NCBI GenBank assembly: GCA_017609205.1
Contig: JAFCEL010000001.1
Coordinates: forward strand, 214,183-278,182
Direction: 5' to 3'
Source: Candidatus Pacearchaeota archaeon
GTDB lineage: Archaea; Nanobdellota; Nanobdellia; Pacearchaeales; GW2011-AR1
Length of the DNA stretch: 64,000 nucleotides
Shown here: one piece after another, positions 17,631 through 25,958 of the stretch
How the letters are laid out: each line of letters begins with the position of its first letter
Position numbering within the stretch: the stretch's first letter is position 1
Notes under the pieces: generated by a model
What the model was told of the DNA's origin: nothing
Seen by the model: only the letters and a program-made list of their open reading frames with translations
Database searches by the model: none
Translations under genes and position numbers: made by a program

Positions 17631-17637
17631 ATAAATA
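17628..17637 (+). promoter_or_regulatory. candidate TATA box (TTTATAAATA) for the S-layer gene, implying a leader of about 200 nt
   Basis: 'gaaacaTTTATAAATAaac'. An alternative TATA-like site lies at 17690-17698. Confidence 0.35.
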
Positions 17638-17846
17638 AACCCTTGTTTTGGGCTGTTTTTCTTATTATTATAAGGGGAAAGATAGTAAACTTTTTAAAGG
17701 AAAATCGATTTTTGATAGAAGCACCCAATGGGGTTCTAATAGGGATTAAAATGAAAAAAAAATCATACTCATCAAGTGAAATAACTTTCCCTATGGTTAT
17801 TACACTTGGCGAGCGTTGTCGTAGACAGCATAATCATAGAGCTGAA

Positions 17847-17853
17847 AGGAGGT
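17847..17853 (+). promoter_or_regulatory. Shine-Dalgarno site AGGAGGT
   Basis: Strong SD 7 nt upstream of ATG 17861. Confidence 0.75.
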
Positions 17854-17860
17854 TATAAAT

Positions 17861-20515
17861 ATGAAATTTAATTTTAGAAAAGTTGCTGCTGTTGCAAGTA
17901 GTGCATTAATGGTCGGTATGACCATGGGTGTTGCTGCTGCTGCAAATTATCCTGCACCTTTCGTTGTCGGAAGTAATGCAGATGTAGCAATTGTTTATGG
18001 TACAGGTGCTGGTGTATCTTCACTGGACTTGATCCAAGCAGGCAATATTCAAACAAATCTTCAATCTGCTATGGGAACAACAAGCAGTGGAACAAGCACA
18101 ACTGTTACAGGTGAAGCTTATGCGTTATTCACAAGTTCATCTAAGATTTATATGAACACAAGTTTGAATAGCGTTAGAACAACACTAACAGATACAGAAT
18201 TGCCAGTTGTTCTTGCTGATGGCCAATTTGAAGGTGATCAGACAAGAGATTACACCCAAACAATTACAATTGGTTCTACACCAATTCTTGAGTTTGGAAA
18301 TCATCCAACAAGTGATGATGACCCAACTGTTGCATTCTCAACAGGAACAAGCACATCAAATGTACTTTATAATTTAACAGTTACATTTGACGGAGCTGTT
18401 AACTTTACCGATTCTGATTCAATCGGAGAATCAATGACAATCTTCGGTAAACAATACACTGTTGGTGCTGGAACTACAAGTACAAAACTTTACTTGTATG
18501 AATCCTCAGAAACAGTTGAGTTATCTATTGGTGGCTCTAACCCTACATCGCAGACAGTTACAGTCAATGGTGAAACATATACTGTTGAACTTACAGGTGC
18601 ATCTGACAGTTCAGCTACTATTAAGGTAACAGATAGTAGTGGAGCATCTCAAACAAAAGAGATTAACGAAGATGCCTCAAAGAAAGTTCAAGGTATAGAC
18701 ATTGCTGTAAACCTTGCTGATGAGGATACTGCTACAAATAGATTAACTGCAGAGATTACTGTTGGTGCTAATAAGATACTGCTTCAAGACGGAAACAAGG
18801 TAAAAGTTGGTTCTGATGAAGACAGTATTGATGGAACACTTGTAACAAAGAGTGGAACTAATTGGGCAGCGTCCACAGGTTTCACAATAGGTATTGTTCC
18901 AGAAGATACAGATGTTGATGCTATTGTAGCTGGTGAAAGTTTCACAGACCCTGTGTTTGGAACATTAAAGATTGACTTTGCGTCTCTTTACTCAGATGAT
19001 GATAGAGAGACTATCAAAATAGCTCCATCAGGTGGAGACAAAGCAACTCTTGAAATGACCACACATACTGGTGCTACAAAAAAGATTAATTGGTTTTACA
19101 ACGACAGCCTTGCTGCAAAATTAGCAGATGCTGGTGACTCTGGAAAAGACGTTATTCACGTCATGGAAGGAGAGAAAATCAATGTAACTCAGTATGTTGT
19201 TGTGGGTAATGAAGATGAAGGTTATCTTCTTGAATTCTATCAGTTCAGTAATGACACTGATGACCAAGATGATGAAATTATCTTCAGAGATGCTTTCAAT
19301 CCAACAGATACATTCCAGGTAACAGGAATTACAACAGAAGGTACTGGTAGCTTAATTGTTGGTGGAAAAACTTACACAGTTTCATACCACGATGAAAGCG
19401 CCGAGGGTGCAGACTATGTAACTCTTGACTATCCTGATACCTCAACTGATAACTATTTTGTATTGTACCCTACAATACAAACATCAAAAGGAGCAAAAGT
19501 TGCTTTCTATGAACCTAAGATAGACCTCAATCTGAATAGCCCTGTAAATACCTCAACAGGTGATTTAGAAAGGTTGTATTTCCCTGACGGAGATGGATAT
19601 ACATACGTTAGCTTTGCTGTGAACGATTCAACTGAGTGGAACATTACTGTTCAAGGAGGATCAGCTTCCACACTCACCACAAATAATACTAGCGACTATG
19701 TAGACGTCTCTATTGGACAATTGAAATATAGGTTCCAAGGTTCTGGAAACAATCTCACAGACATCTACTTATTAGATGCTGCAGAGAGCTCTACTCAAAC
19801 ACTTCCAGCAATTATCATCTTTGAAGAAAAAGATGATGATAGTGAATATGAAGCATTGATTGTTGAAATGGATGCTAAATCATCTGCTTCAGAATTAGCA
19901 GGAGTTCAAGAAGTTGAAACAACCTGGAATAACAATGCTGCATACACTGACTGGAATGAAATCCAGATGGAAGCAACAGATGATGACATCTATGCTACAA
20001 TGGATAAATGGGGTACACTTATCAAAACAGATAAGTCTGCTTCAGATCAATACAGTGTAGAGATCAGTTATCCTGATGAGCAGATTCACGCACAGGTTTA
20101 TGTTGGTGAAGTTGGTGCTGAGATAACAGCAGGAAGTTCTACTGGAACATCTACTCCACTTGGAGAAGTTCTTGTAAAAGACAGTGAAGTTAGTTCTGTA
20201 AGCACAAAGAACTTGATTATTATAGGTGGTAGTTGTATTAATTCAGCTGCTGCTACATTGTTAGGTGGTGCTTACTGTACTGCAGATTTCACAGCCCAGA
20301 CAGGTGTTGGTTCTGGTGAGTTCTTGATCCAGAGCTTTGGTGATTCAAGCTTGACAAGTTCAGGCAAAATCGCATTGCTTGTCGCTGGTTATGATGCTGC
20401 AGACACTGTTAACGCTGCTAAGTATTTGACTACAAAAACAGTTGATACAACAGCAGGCAAGAAATACAAAGGAACTTCAGCAACTAGTGCAGAACTTGTA
20501 ACAACGTCTGAATAA
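17861..20515 (+). CDS. S-layer-like major surface glycoprotein
   Basis: Signal peptide 'VAAVASSALMVGMTMGVAAAA|NYPAPFVVG'. Thr/Ser/Asp-rich, with only two Cys near the C-terminus and at least ten N-x-S/T sequons. Codon usage is visibly less A/T-biased than the neighbours. Strong SD, long leader and oligo-T terminator. Confidence 0.7.
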   Translation: MKFNFRKVAAVASSALMVGMTMGVAAAANYPAPFVVGSNADVAIVYGTGAGVSSLDLIQAGNIQTNLQSAMGTTSSGTSTTVTGEAYALFTSSSKIYMNTSLNSVRTTLTDTELPVVLADGQFEGDQTRDYTQTITIGSTPILEFGNHPTSDDDPTVAFSTGTSTSNVLYNLTVTFDGAVNFTDSDSIGESMTIFGKQYTVGAGTTSTKLYLYESSETVELSIGGSNPTSQTVTVNGETYTVELTGASDSSATIKVTDSSGASQTKEINEDASKKVQGIDIAVNLADEDTATNRLTAEITVGANKILLQDGNKVKVGSDEDSIDGTLVTKSGTNWAASTGFTIGIVPEDTDVDAIVAGESFTDPVFGTLKIDFASLYSDDDRETIKIAPSGGDKATLEMTTHTGATKKINWFYNDSLAAKLADAGDSGKDVIHVMEGEKINVTQYVVVGNEDEGYLLEFYQFSNDTDDQDDEIIFRDAFNPTDTFQVTGITTEGTGSLIVGGKTYTVSYHDESAEGADYVTLDYPDTSTDNYFVLYPTIQTSKGAKVAFYEPKIDLNLNSPVNTSTGDLERLYFPDGDGYTYVSFAVNDSTEWNITVQGGSASTLTTNNTSDYVDVSIGQLKYRFQGSGNNLTDIYLLDAAESSTQTLPAIIIFEEKDDDSEYEALIVEMDAKSSASELAGVQEVETTWNNNAAYTDWNEIQMEATDDDIYATMDKWGTLIKTDKSASDQYSVEISYPDEQIHAQVYVGEVGAEITAGSSTGTSTPLGEVLVKDSEVSSVSTKNLIIIGGSCINSAAATLLGGAYCTADFTAQTGVGSGEFLIQSFGDSSLTSSGKIALLVAGYDAADTVNAAKYLTTKTVDTTAGKKYKGTSATSAELVTTSE

Positions 20516-20527
20516 ATAGTTTAATTA

Positions 20528-20549
20528 TTCTTTTCTTTTTCTTTTTTTT
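20528..20549 (+). terminator. oligo-T tract (archaeal-type terminator)
   Basis: 'ttcttttctttttctttttttt', 13 nt after the S-layer stop codon. Confidence 0.55.
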
Positions 20550-20601
20550 AACAATCAGCGAATGCTCAAAAGGTTTTTATATACAACCAGGATAATATTC
20601 T

Positions 20602-21171
20602 ATGCGAAGAATTATTTCAAAAGAGGAGGAAAAAAAGAAAAGAAAAAGAAAGCAATTGATTGTTGGACTTGTCCTTATTATAGTCATGCTCGGAAGCACT
20701 TTTGGCATAGTTGTTAATTCTTTTGGAAAGAAGAAAAATTCCGACGAGAAAATAATATATAATAATGTTGAATTTGAAAGACAAGGAAACTACTGGAGTA
20801 CGAGGCTAGGAGAAAAAATTTTTATTTTTAGATACAATCCTAAAGAAGTTCTTTTTATTCCTGGTTATGTTAAAAGCTTTAGTGATTACGCTGGAAAACC
20901 ATTATATATTTATTCTGAAAGTGAAGGTGCAGAACTAGAAATATATAGAAATTTTCAGAATATCGTTCAGAGAATGCAGAAAGCTTGTTATAAGGAATGC
21001 GAAGAAGATTTGCCTATCAAAAACTGCGATAATAATTTCATAATAATTCAAAATTCCAGCATTGTAAATATTGTGCAAAATAAAAGCTGTGTTTATATCA
21101 CAGGACCAGAAGAAAACCTTACCCAAATTACTGACGAATTTTTATTTAAGGCTATAGGGATAGAAAAATAA
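20602..21171 (+). CDS. N-terminally anchored extracytoplasmic protein (hypothetical)
   Basis: Lys-rich N-terminus plus TM 'LIVGLVLIIVMLGSTFGIVV'. 'YNNVEFE' and 'FRYNPKEV' recur in the next gene. Confidence 0.5.
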   Translation: MRRIISKEEEKKKRKRKQLIVGLVLIIVMLGSTFGIVVNSFGKKKNSDEKIIYNNVEFERQGNYWSTRLGEKIFIFRYNPKEVLFIPGYVKSFSDYAGKPLYIYSESEGAELEIYRNFQNIVQRMQKACYKECEEDLPIKNCDNNFIIIQNSSIVNIVQNKSCVYITGPEENLTQITDEFLFKAIGIEK

Positions 21172-21211
21172 GAATAACAAATCTTATAAAACAAAGGAGA
21201 TAAATATTAGA

Positions 21212-21946
21212 ATGGTCGAGAAGAAAAAAATTTCCAAGCAAAGTTCCAAAAAGGACAAAGAAAAAGTCTGTGAGATTTTTGAAGTTGAAAGCAGAAAAGG
21301 AAATAAAAAGATTGTTAAAAGTTGCGGAGAGATTGATGAAAAAAAATCTAATGAAAAAGAAATTAAAGAACAAAATAAAATTTTAAAAAGAGTTCTAATT
21401 GGAATAGGATTATTTATTGTTTTCTTTATTGCCTTATTTCTATGGATTGATTCTGTTCGCCATTTTAATTATAGGGGTGTTGAATTTGAAATTGTCAAAG
21501 AGGGTAAATTAATACTCTATAAGACAACTCTCCCTGTTTACTATCAAGGGGGGATAAGAGATTATAATTTTTATTTGAGAAAAGATCCCAGGAAAATTGA
21601 TGAAAGTGTTCAATTTAATGGAGAAATACGGCTTCTTAAAAATCTCGTCGTTAACTCAAGTGATTTCAAATGTGATGGAGACGAAATTATAGCCCTTGCA
21701 AACTTAGTGAAACTCTATGATGTTCTCGGCTCAAAAGTTATTAAAGACCCAAATGCAACCTGCGATAAATTAGGAAGATATGCATATATAACTATAAAAG
21801 ACGGCAATGAAACAAAAATTACAGAAAAAAGTATTGCATGTTATGATATCGAAGTCAGTAATTGTGAGATTCTGGAAGCAATTGAGAGATATATGACTGA
21901 AACCTTTGTTGAAGTGAATAAAATCAAGGCATCTCTCTCTTCCTAA
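21212..21946 (+). CDS. N-terminally anchored extracytoplasmic protein, distant paralog of 20602-21171
   Basis: Lys/Glu-rich N-terminus, TM 'VLIGIGLFIVFFIALFLWI', then 'YRGVEFE' and 'FYLRKDPRKI'. Confidence 0.5.
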   Translation: MVEKKKISKQSSKKDKEKVCEIFEVESRKGNKKIVKSCGEIDEKKSNEKEIKEQNKILKRVLIGIGLFIVFFIALFLWIDSVRHFNYRGVEFEIVKEGKLILYKTTLPVYYQGGIRDYNFYLRKDPRKIDESVQFNGEIRLLKNLVVNSSDFKCDGDEIIALANLVKLYDVLGSKVIKDPNATCDKLGRYAYITIKDGNETKITEKSIACYDIEVSNCEILEAIERYMTETFVEVNKIKASLSS

Positions 21947-22523
21947 AGTAATAAAATAAAGAGATAATTACAGCAACTGAAAGGGCTGCTATTGTTATCA
22001 AAAGTTTAAGAATTGGATTAATTTCACTCCCAAAAAAGAACCCTACTAAAATTAAAAATAATACCCAAATTCCTGCACCAAGAGATGTGAAAAAGATAAA
22101 CTTCGGAAGATTCATTCTGGAAAAACCAGCAGGTAGAGAAATAAACTGGCGAATAACCGGAATTAACCTTCCTACAAAGATAATTATCTCTCCGTATTTT
22201 GCAAAATAATAATCAGATTTTTTTATTTTTTGATGTGTTATAAAGAAAATCCTTCCATACTTGTGAACAAGAAAATCAATTGTTGTTCTTCCTAAATAAA
22301 AAGCGAGAAAGTAATTGATAAGCGCTCCTACCAAACTACCCAGAACTCCTGCTAGAAAAACAAGGAGAAAATTCATTTCTCCACGAGCAATTAATGCTCC
22401 TGCTGGAATCATGATTACTTCACTTGGAAAAGGAATAAAAGAACTCTCAATAGTCATTCCAATAAAAATTCCAAGATATCCTAATTTATTGATAATTAAT
22501 AAAAAAGCATTCAGAAAATTCAT
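21924..22523 (-). CDS. DedA/SNARE-associated family membrane protein
   Basis: 'LGYLGIFIGMTIESSFIPFPSEVIMIPAG' and 'RLIPVIRQFISLPAG' are typical DedA motifs. Confidence 0.75.
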   Translation of the reverse strand: MNFLNAFLLIINKLGYLGIFIGMTIESSFIPFPSEVIMIPAGALIARGEMNFLLVFLAGVLGSLVGALINYFLAFYLGRTTIDFLVHKYGRIFFITHQKIKKSDYYFAKYGEIIIFVGRLIPVIRQFISLPAGFSRMNLPKFIFFTSLGAGIWVLFLILVGFFFGSEINPILKLLITIAALSVAVIISLFYYFRKREMP

Positions 22524-23035
22524 TTTATTTTCTTATAAAGGAATTTAAGATCAGAATAAAAAGGAATTTCTTTTATTTTAAATAGCCTTACATTAAAAAA
22601 CCATATTCCTGCTACAAAGAGAGCACCTCCAAAATACCAAAGAGTTTTATGGATGGATTCAAAAAGTGGAGAATTATTAATAAGAAGAAGTCCAAGAAAA
22701 AAAATCCTCAGAATATTAAAGATAAAAAAGATAAAAAAAGATAAAAAAAGAACACTTAATCGGTCCTTGATTTTTATGTTAGGCGTTGATAAGTTTAAAA
22801 TAAATAAAAGATAATATGCAGACCCTGCAATACAAGCATTTATGAATTCTATTTTAAAACATTCTGAGATAAGAATAGAATTTCCAGAGATAATTGTATC
22901 AAAGAATAAACTAAAAAGGAAGTAGGAAGAATAAATAGTTAAGGGCGTAAATAAAAAATAAAAAATAAAAAGATTTGGAAAAGAAACAACTAATATAAAA
23001 GCATAGCGAAATAATAAATATCTTATTTTATTCAT
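22520..23035 (-). CDS. miniature archaeosortase/exosortase-family transpeptidase
   Basis: 171 aa, polytopic. Ordered Cys ('INAC68IAGS'), Arg ('FNILR110IFFLG') and His ('ESIH129KTLWYFGG') match the exosortase/archaeosortase catalytic triad order. Directly downstream of a protein with a C-terminal sorting-type signal. Confidence 0.6.
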   Translation of the reverse strand: MNKIRYLLFRYAFILVVSFPNLFIFYFLFTPLTIYSSYFLFSLFFDTIISGNSILISECFKIEFINACIAGSAYYLLFILNLSTPNIKIKDRLSVLFLSFFIFFIFNILRIFFLGLLLINNSPLFESIHKTLWYFGGALFVAGIWFFNVRLFKIKEIPFYSDLKFLYKKIK

Positions 23036-23064
23036 AAGATTCTAAAAAAAAGAAGTTTAAATTT

Positions 23065-24732
23065 TTATCTAATTAATCTAATAATTAAAATAACTATTGC
23101 TATCAAAATCAAGACAGTTATAATTCCTGTAGTTATAACAAAGGATAATGAAAACTCGCTTGGTATACTAAATCCAGATTTTGCTATTTGAACTGAAACA
23201 GGCTGAGTAACTACAAGTTGCCCTTCTGAAAGAACCTCGATATCAAAATTATTTTCACCTGAAGCATCTTTCTTTACATCAAAAGTGAGTGTTACTGTTT
23301 TTGATTCTCCCTTTCCTATAACAAAAGTTGCTGGTGATACATCCACGGAATTTGCCCAACTTGCATAAGTTGCTGCATTAACATTGTATGTTGCAGAATC
23401 ATCGCCTGTGTTTGTAATTGTAGCCTTAATAGTCAATTTTTCTCCTGCTTTTCCACCTGATTCTAATGAAGCAGAAACAATTGCATCTGCAGATGTGCCC
23501 CTGCAATTTCCTTCAATTGTAAATGTCTTTGTAAACTTAGACTCATCCTCGTCATAATCATTTTCATAGATATCATTGTCCTCATCATAAACCTCAAAGG
23601 TTAAGATATATGTCTTTTCTTGTGCATCTTTTGGAATTTTTAATAGAACATTCAAGTCCTCATTCCTATAAGATCTAATTTCATTGAATTCTATTATTTC
23701 AGAAATACCCAATTCTTTATTGTAGATTTTAACTTTAACATCATCCTGGTCATCACTTCCAATATTCCATACATCTGCTGTTATTTGCATATCTTCTCCG
23801 CAAGAGACAATCTCCGGAAGATTTACCTTGTTTAAAATTACAAAATCAGACTCTTCCTCTATTGAAATCTCTTCAGAGTCGCTTGCACAAGTGTCTTGTC
23901 CATCAAGAGAGCCAGCATCATTGTCATCAATTGTTCCTGTAGCACGAACAACAAGATTGTAATTATTGCCTACAAATTCATCGAAATCCATGTCAAAATC
24001 TTTTTCATTAATATTAAATGTGATTGTGAAAGTATCCTCTTTGCCATCTTTAAGCTTGAAATTATCTATTTCGTCAAGCTCAACAACCCAATCATTAAAA
24101 GAATCATCTGTAATTCCCCATTCAAGCGATATGTCATCAATATTATAATCACCATTATTTTCAACTTTTATCTCAACTTCAATCTCATCAAAAGGAAGCC
24201 ATTCTTCGTCCTTTCCAAAACCCTTTATTACAGAAACATCCTTTATTCGAACATCAAGCTCTCCATTATTTGTTGATACACCATTGTCATATTTGCAGAT
24301 ATCTGAAGTTGATGAAGCTGCAGTAACTGTAATTGAAACAGGCACACTATAATTAGTAGCTGAAGAATAAGTTCCTTCGAAAGTTATATTTCCGGTATAG
24401 GTTCCAACTGCCTGAGATGAGGGGATAGAAACTGTTAAAGTCACAGTATCATTATCCAATCCTTCTAAATAGGAAGGCACACTTGATAATGCAAGATTAG
24501 AACTTGCAAGAGTATTTGAACCAGAAGTTAAAGATTGCAGATAACCTTTAATACTTGTCATATTCTGAGTAGCAGTATTATTTATCACAAAATTAACTGT
24601 GATTACATCCCCTTGAGTTCCACTTCCTGTAATTGTGGATGGATTGAAATCCATTGCAGCATTAACTGCTCCTGTTAAGAACACTATTGTGAAAATTCCT
24701 AAAATCAGTGATGTTAAATTTCTTTGTTTCAT
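23065..24732 (-). CDS. secreted CARDB/S-layer-domain-like surface protein with C-terminal 'PSEF'-TM-RLIR sorting signal
   Basis: Signal peptide. Repeated 'V.V.N.G....' beta-sandwich motifs ('VEIKVENNGDYNIDD','TADVWNIGSDDQDDVKVKIY','IKATITNTGDDSATYNV'). C-terminus 'IPSEFSLSFVITTGIITVLILIAIVILIIRLIR'. Confidence 0.7.
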   Translation of the reverse strand: MKQRNLTSLILGIFTIVFLTGAVNAAMDFNPSTITGSGTQGDVITVNFVINNTATQNMTSIKGYLQSLTSGSNTLASSNLALSSVPSYLEGLDNDTVTLTVSIPSSQAVGTYTGNITFEGTYSSATNYSVPVSITVTAASSTSDICKYDNGVSTNNGELDVRIKDVSVIKGFGKDEEWLPFDEIEVEIKVENNGDYNIDDISLEWGITDDSFNDWVVELDEIDNFKLKDGKEDTFTITFNINEKDFDMDFDEFVGNNYNLVVRATGTIDDNDAGSLDGQDTCASDSEEISIEEESDFVILNKVNLPEIVSCGEDMQITADVWNIGSDDQDDVKVKIYNKELGISEIIEFNEIRSYRNEDLNVLLKIPKDAQEKTYILTFEVYDEDNDIYENDYDEDESKFTKTFTIEGNCRGTSADAIVSASLESGGKAGEKLTIKATITNTGDDSATYNVNAATYASWANSVDVSPATFVIGKGESKTVTLTFDVKKDASGENNFDIEVLSEGQLVVTQPVSVQIAKSGFSIPSEFSLSFVITTGIITVLILIAIVILIIRLIR

Positions 24733-24842
24733 TTTGTTGTAATTCTGGAGTTATGAAGGTTTATAAGTTTTTCTATGATTTGAAATATATTTGAAAAACA
24801 ACATTTCAAAAGTTTTATATACGAGAAATGATTATTAGATGA

Positions 24843-25235
24843 ATGACTGTAATATCCAAAGAAAATTCTTTTGGTGCATGGGCATTTCTTATTGGAGTTG
24901 TTTTGGCTGTGCTTATTGGAATTGGAACATCCTCTTTAATACCTATTGATTCAATAATAAAACATAGTCCACAGATTTATGCAGTTCTCGTTATATTAGG
25001 AATTTTAGTAGGATTTTCAATTAAAGCAGAAAGAAAGGATGCTCAGACATTTCTATATACAGGAGCAATTCTTGTCATAATAAGCAAATTTGGTATGGAC
25101 AGTGTTACTGGATCTCTGATTGGAATAGGTGTTGGAGGATTAGTTTCTTCGATATTTGGAGCACTGCTCACATTATTTGTTCCTGCTACAATCATAGTTG
25201 CATTGAAAACAGTGTTCTCTATTGCGAGAATTTAA
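24843..25235 (+). CDS. small integral membrane protein (about 4 TM), hypothetical
   Basis: Four hydrophobic Gly-rich segments. No recognisable family. Confidence 0.45.
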   Translation: MTVISKENSFGAWAFLIGVVLAVLIGIGTSSLIPIDSIIKHSPQIYAVLVILGILVGFSIKAERKDAQTFLYTGAILVIISKFGMDSVTGSLIGIGVGGLVSSIFGALLTLFVPATIIVALKTVFSIARI

Positions 25236-25845
25236 GTTCAAAGAAATTAACAATTTTAGGGCTGTTCATATCTAATCTCGGACAAGCAGTATTAACCCAT
25301 GATTGAATATCTGAAAAGTTCTCAAATTCGTTTATATTCACATTATTGCATACAAACAAATAAGAATCTTTATCAACAAGATTCTTTCTTAATTTTAGAG
25401 CTTTATCAAAATTCTGCTGTCCTTTTTTTGTGGATATTAAAATTCCGACTTTTTCTGCATTAAGAAATTTGACATAAGAGGCTTTTTTGCTTTTTTCAAA
25501 ATTCCTTATATCTTTTTCTGATATTTTTTCCAATTTACTCTTATTATATATATAAACAGGAAGTTTTGTAGTATAAGCAAGAGAAATTGCGTGAAACTTT
25601 CCATCGCTGATTAATAATACAGCCTGAGTAGGTTTAGGCAATTTTAATTGAGAACATCCGAGTACTTGTATAAAATTAGTTATAATATGTTCTTTACTTA
25701 GCAATTGTTTAATTCCTTTTGCCTGAGAACTATATTGAATAGAATAAGCAATTGCAAGATATTTAGGGAGTTTTTTAGAAAAACCCAATATTCTCTCTTT
25801 ATTGATTTTTGAATTTAATTTTACTGGAATAAATAATGTTTTCAT
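25219..25845 (-). CDS. dph2: Dph2-like diphthamide synthesis protein, short two-domain form
   Basis: 'QVLGCS', 'DGKFHAISLA', 'KVGILISTKKGQ' and 'NTACPRL' align by eye with domains 2-3 of archaeal Dph2. Only 208 aa, against roughly 340 typical. Confidence 0.55.
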   Translation of the reverse strand: MKTLFIPVKLNSKINKERILGFSKKLPKYLAIAYSIQYSSQAKGIKQLLSKEHIITNFIQVLGCSQLKLPKPTQAVLLISDGKFHAISLAYTTKLPVYIYNKSKLEKISEKDIRNFEKSKKASYVKFLNAEKVGILISTKKGQQNFDKALKLRKNLVDKDSYLFVCNNVNINEFENFSDIQSWVNTACPRLDMNSPKIVNFFELKFSQ

Positions 25846-25958
25846 AAAAAATCAAGGAAGAATTAGTTAAAAAAGTTATGTAATTATGAAGCCAAATTTA
25901 CAATTAAATTTCTATAAGTCTTATCTAGCCAATCCCTAGTTTCTCGTTCCCCTTAGAA

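Noticed and set aside
17643-17858. 71-aa ORF (TTG start) and a nested 35-aa ATG uORF in the S-layer leader
   Set aside because: Non-ATG start, no SD, and the sequence lies in the presumed promoter and 5'-UTR. The nested uORF (MKKKSYSS...) ends 2 nt before the S-layer ATG, which is curious, but I have no evidence that it is translated.
22721-22750. Short tandem repeats (GATAAAAAAG x3 here; GGAAA x4 at 35229-35250; GAAATT x3 at 1613-1636)
   Set aside because: Each lies inside a supported CDS and simply encodes low-complexity peptide (FFIFFIF, KGKERK, EIEIEI). They are too short to call as satellites or regulatory repeats.
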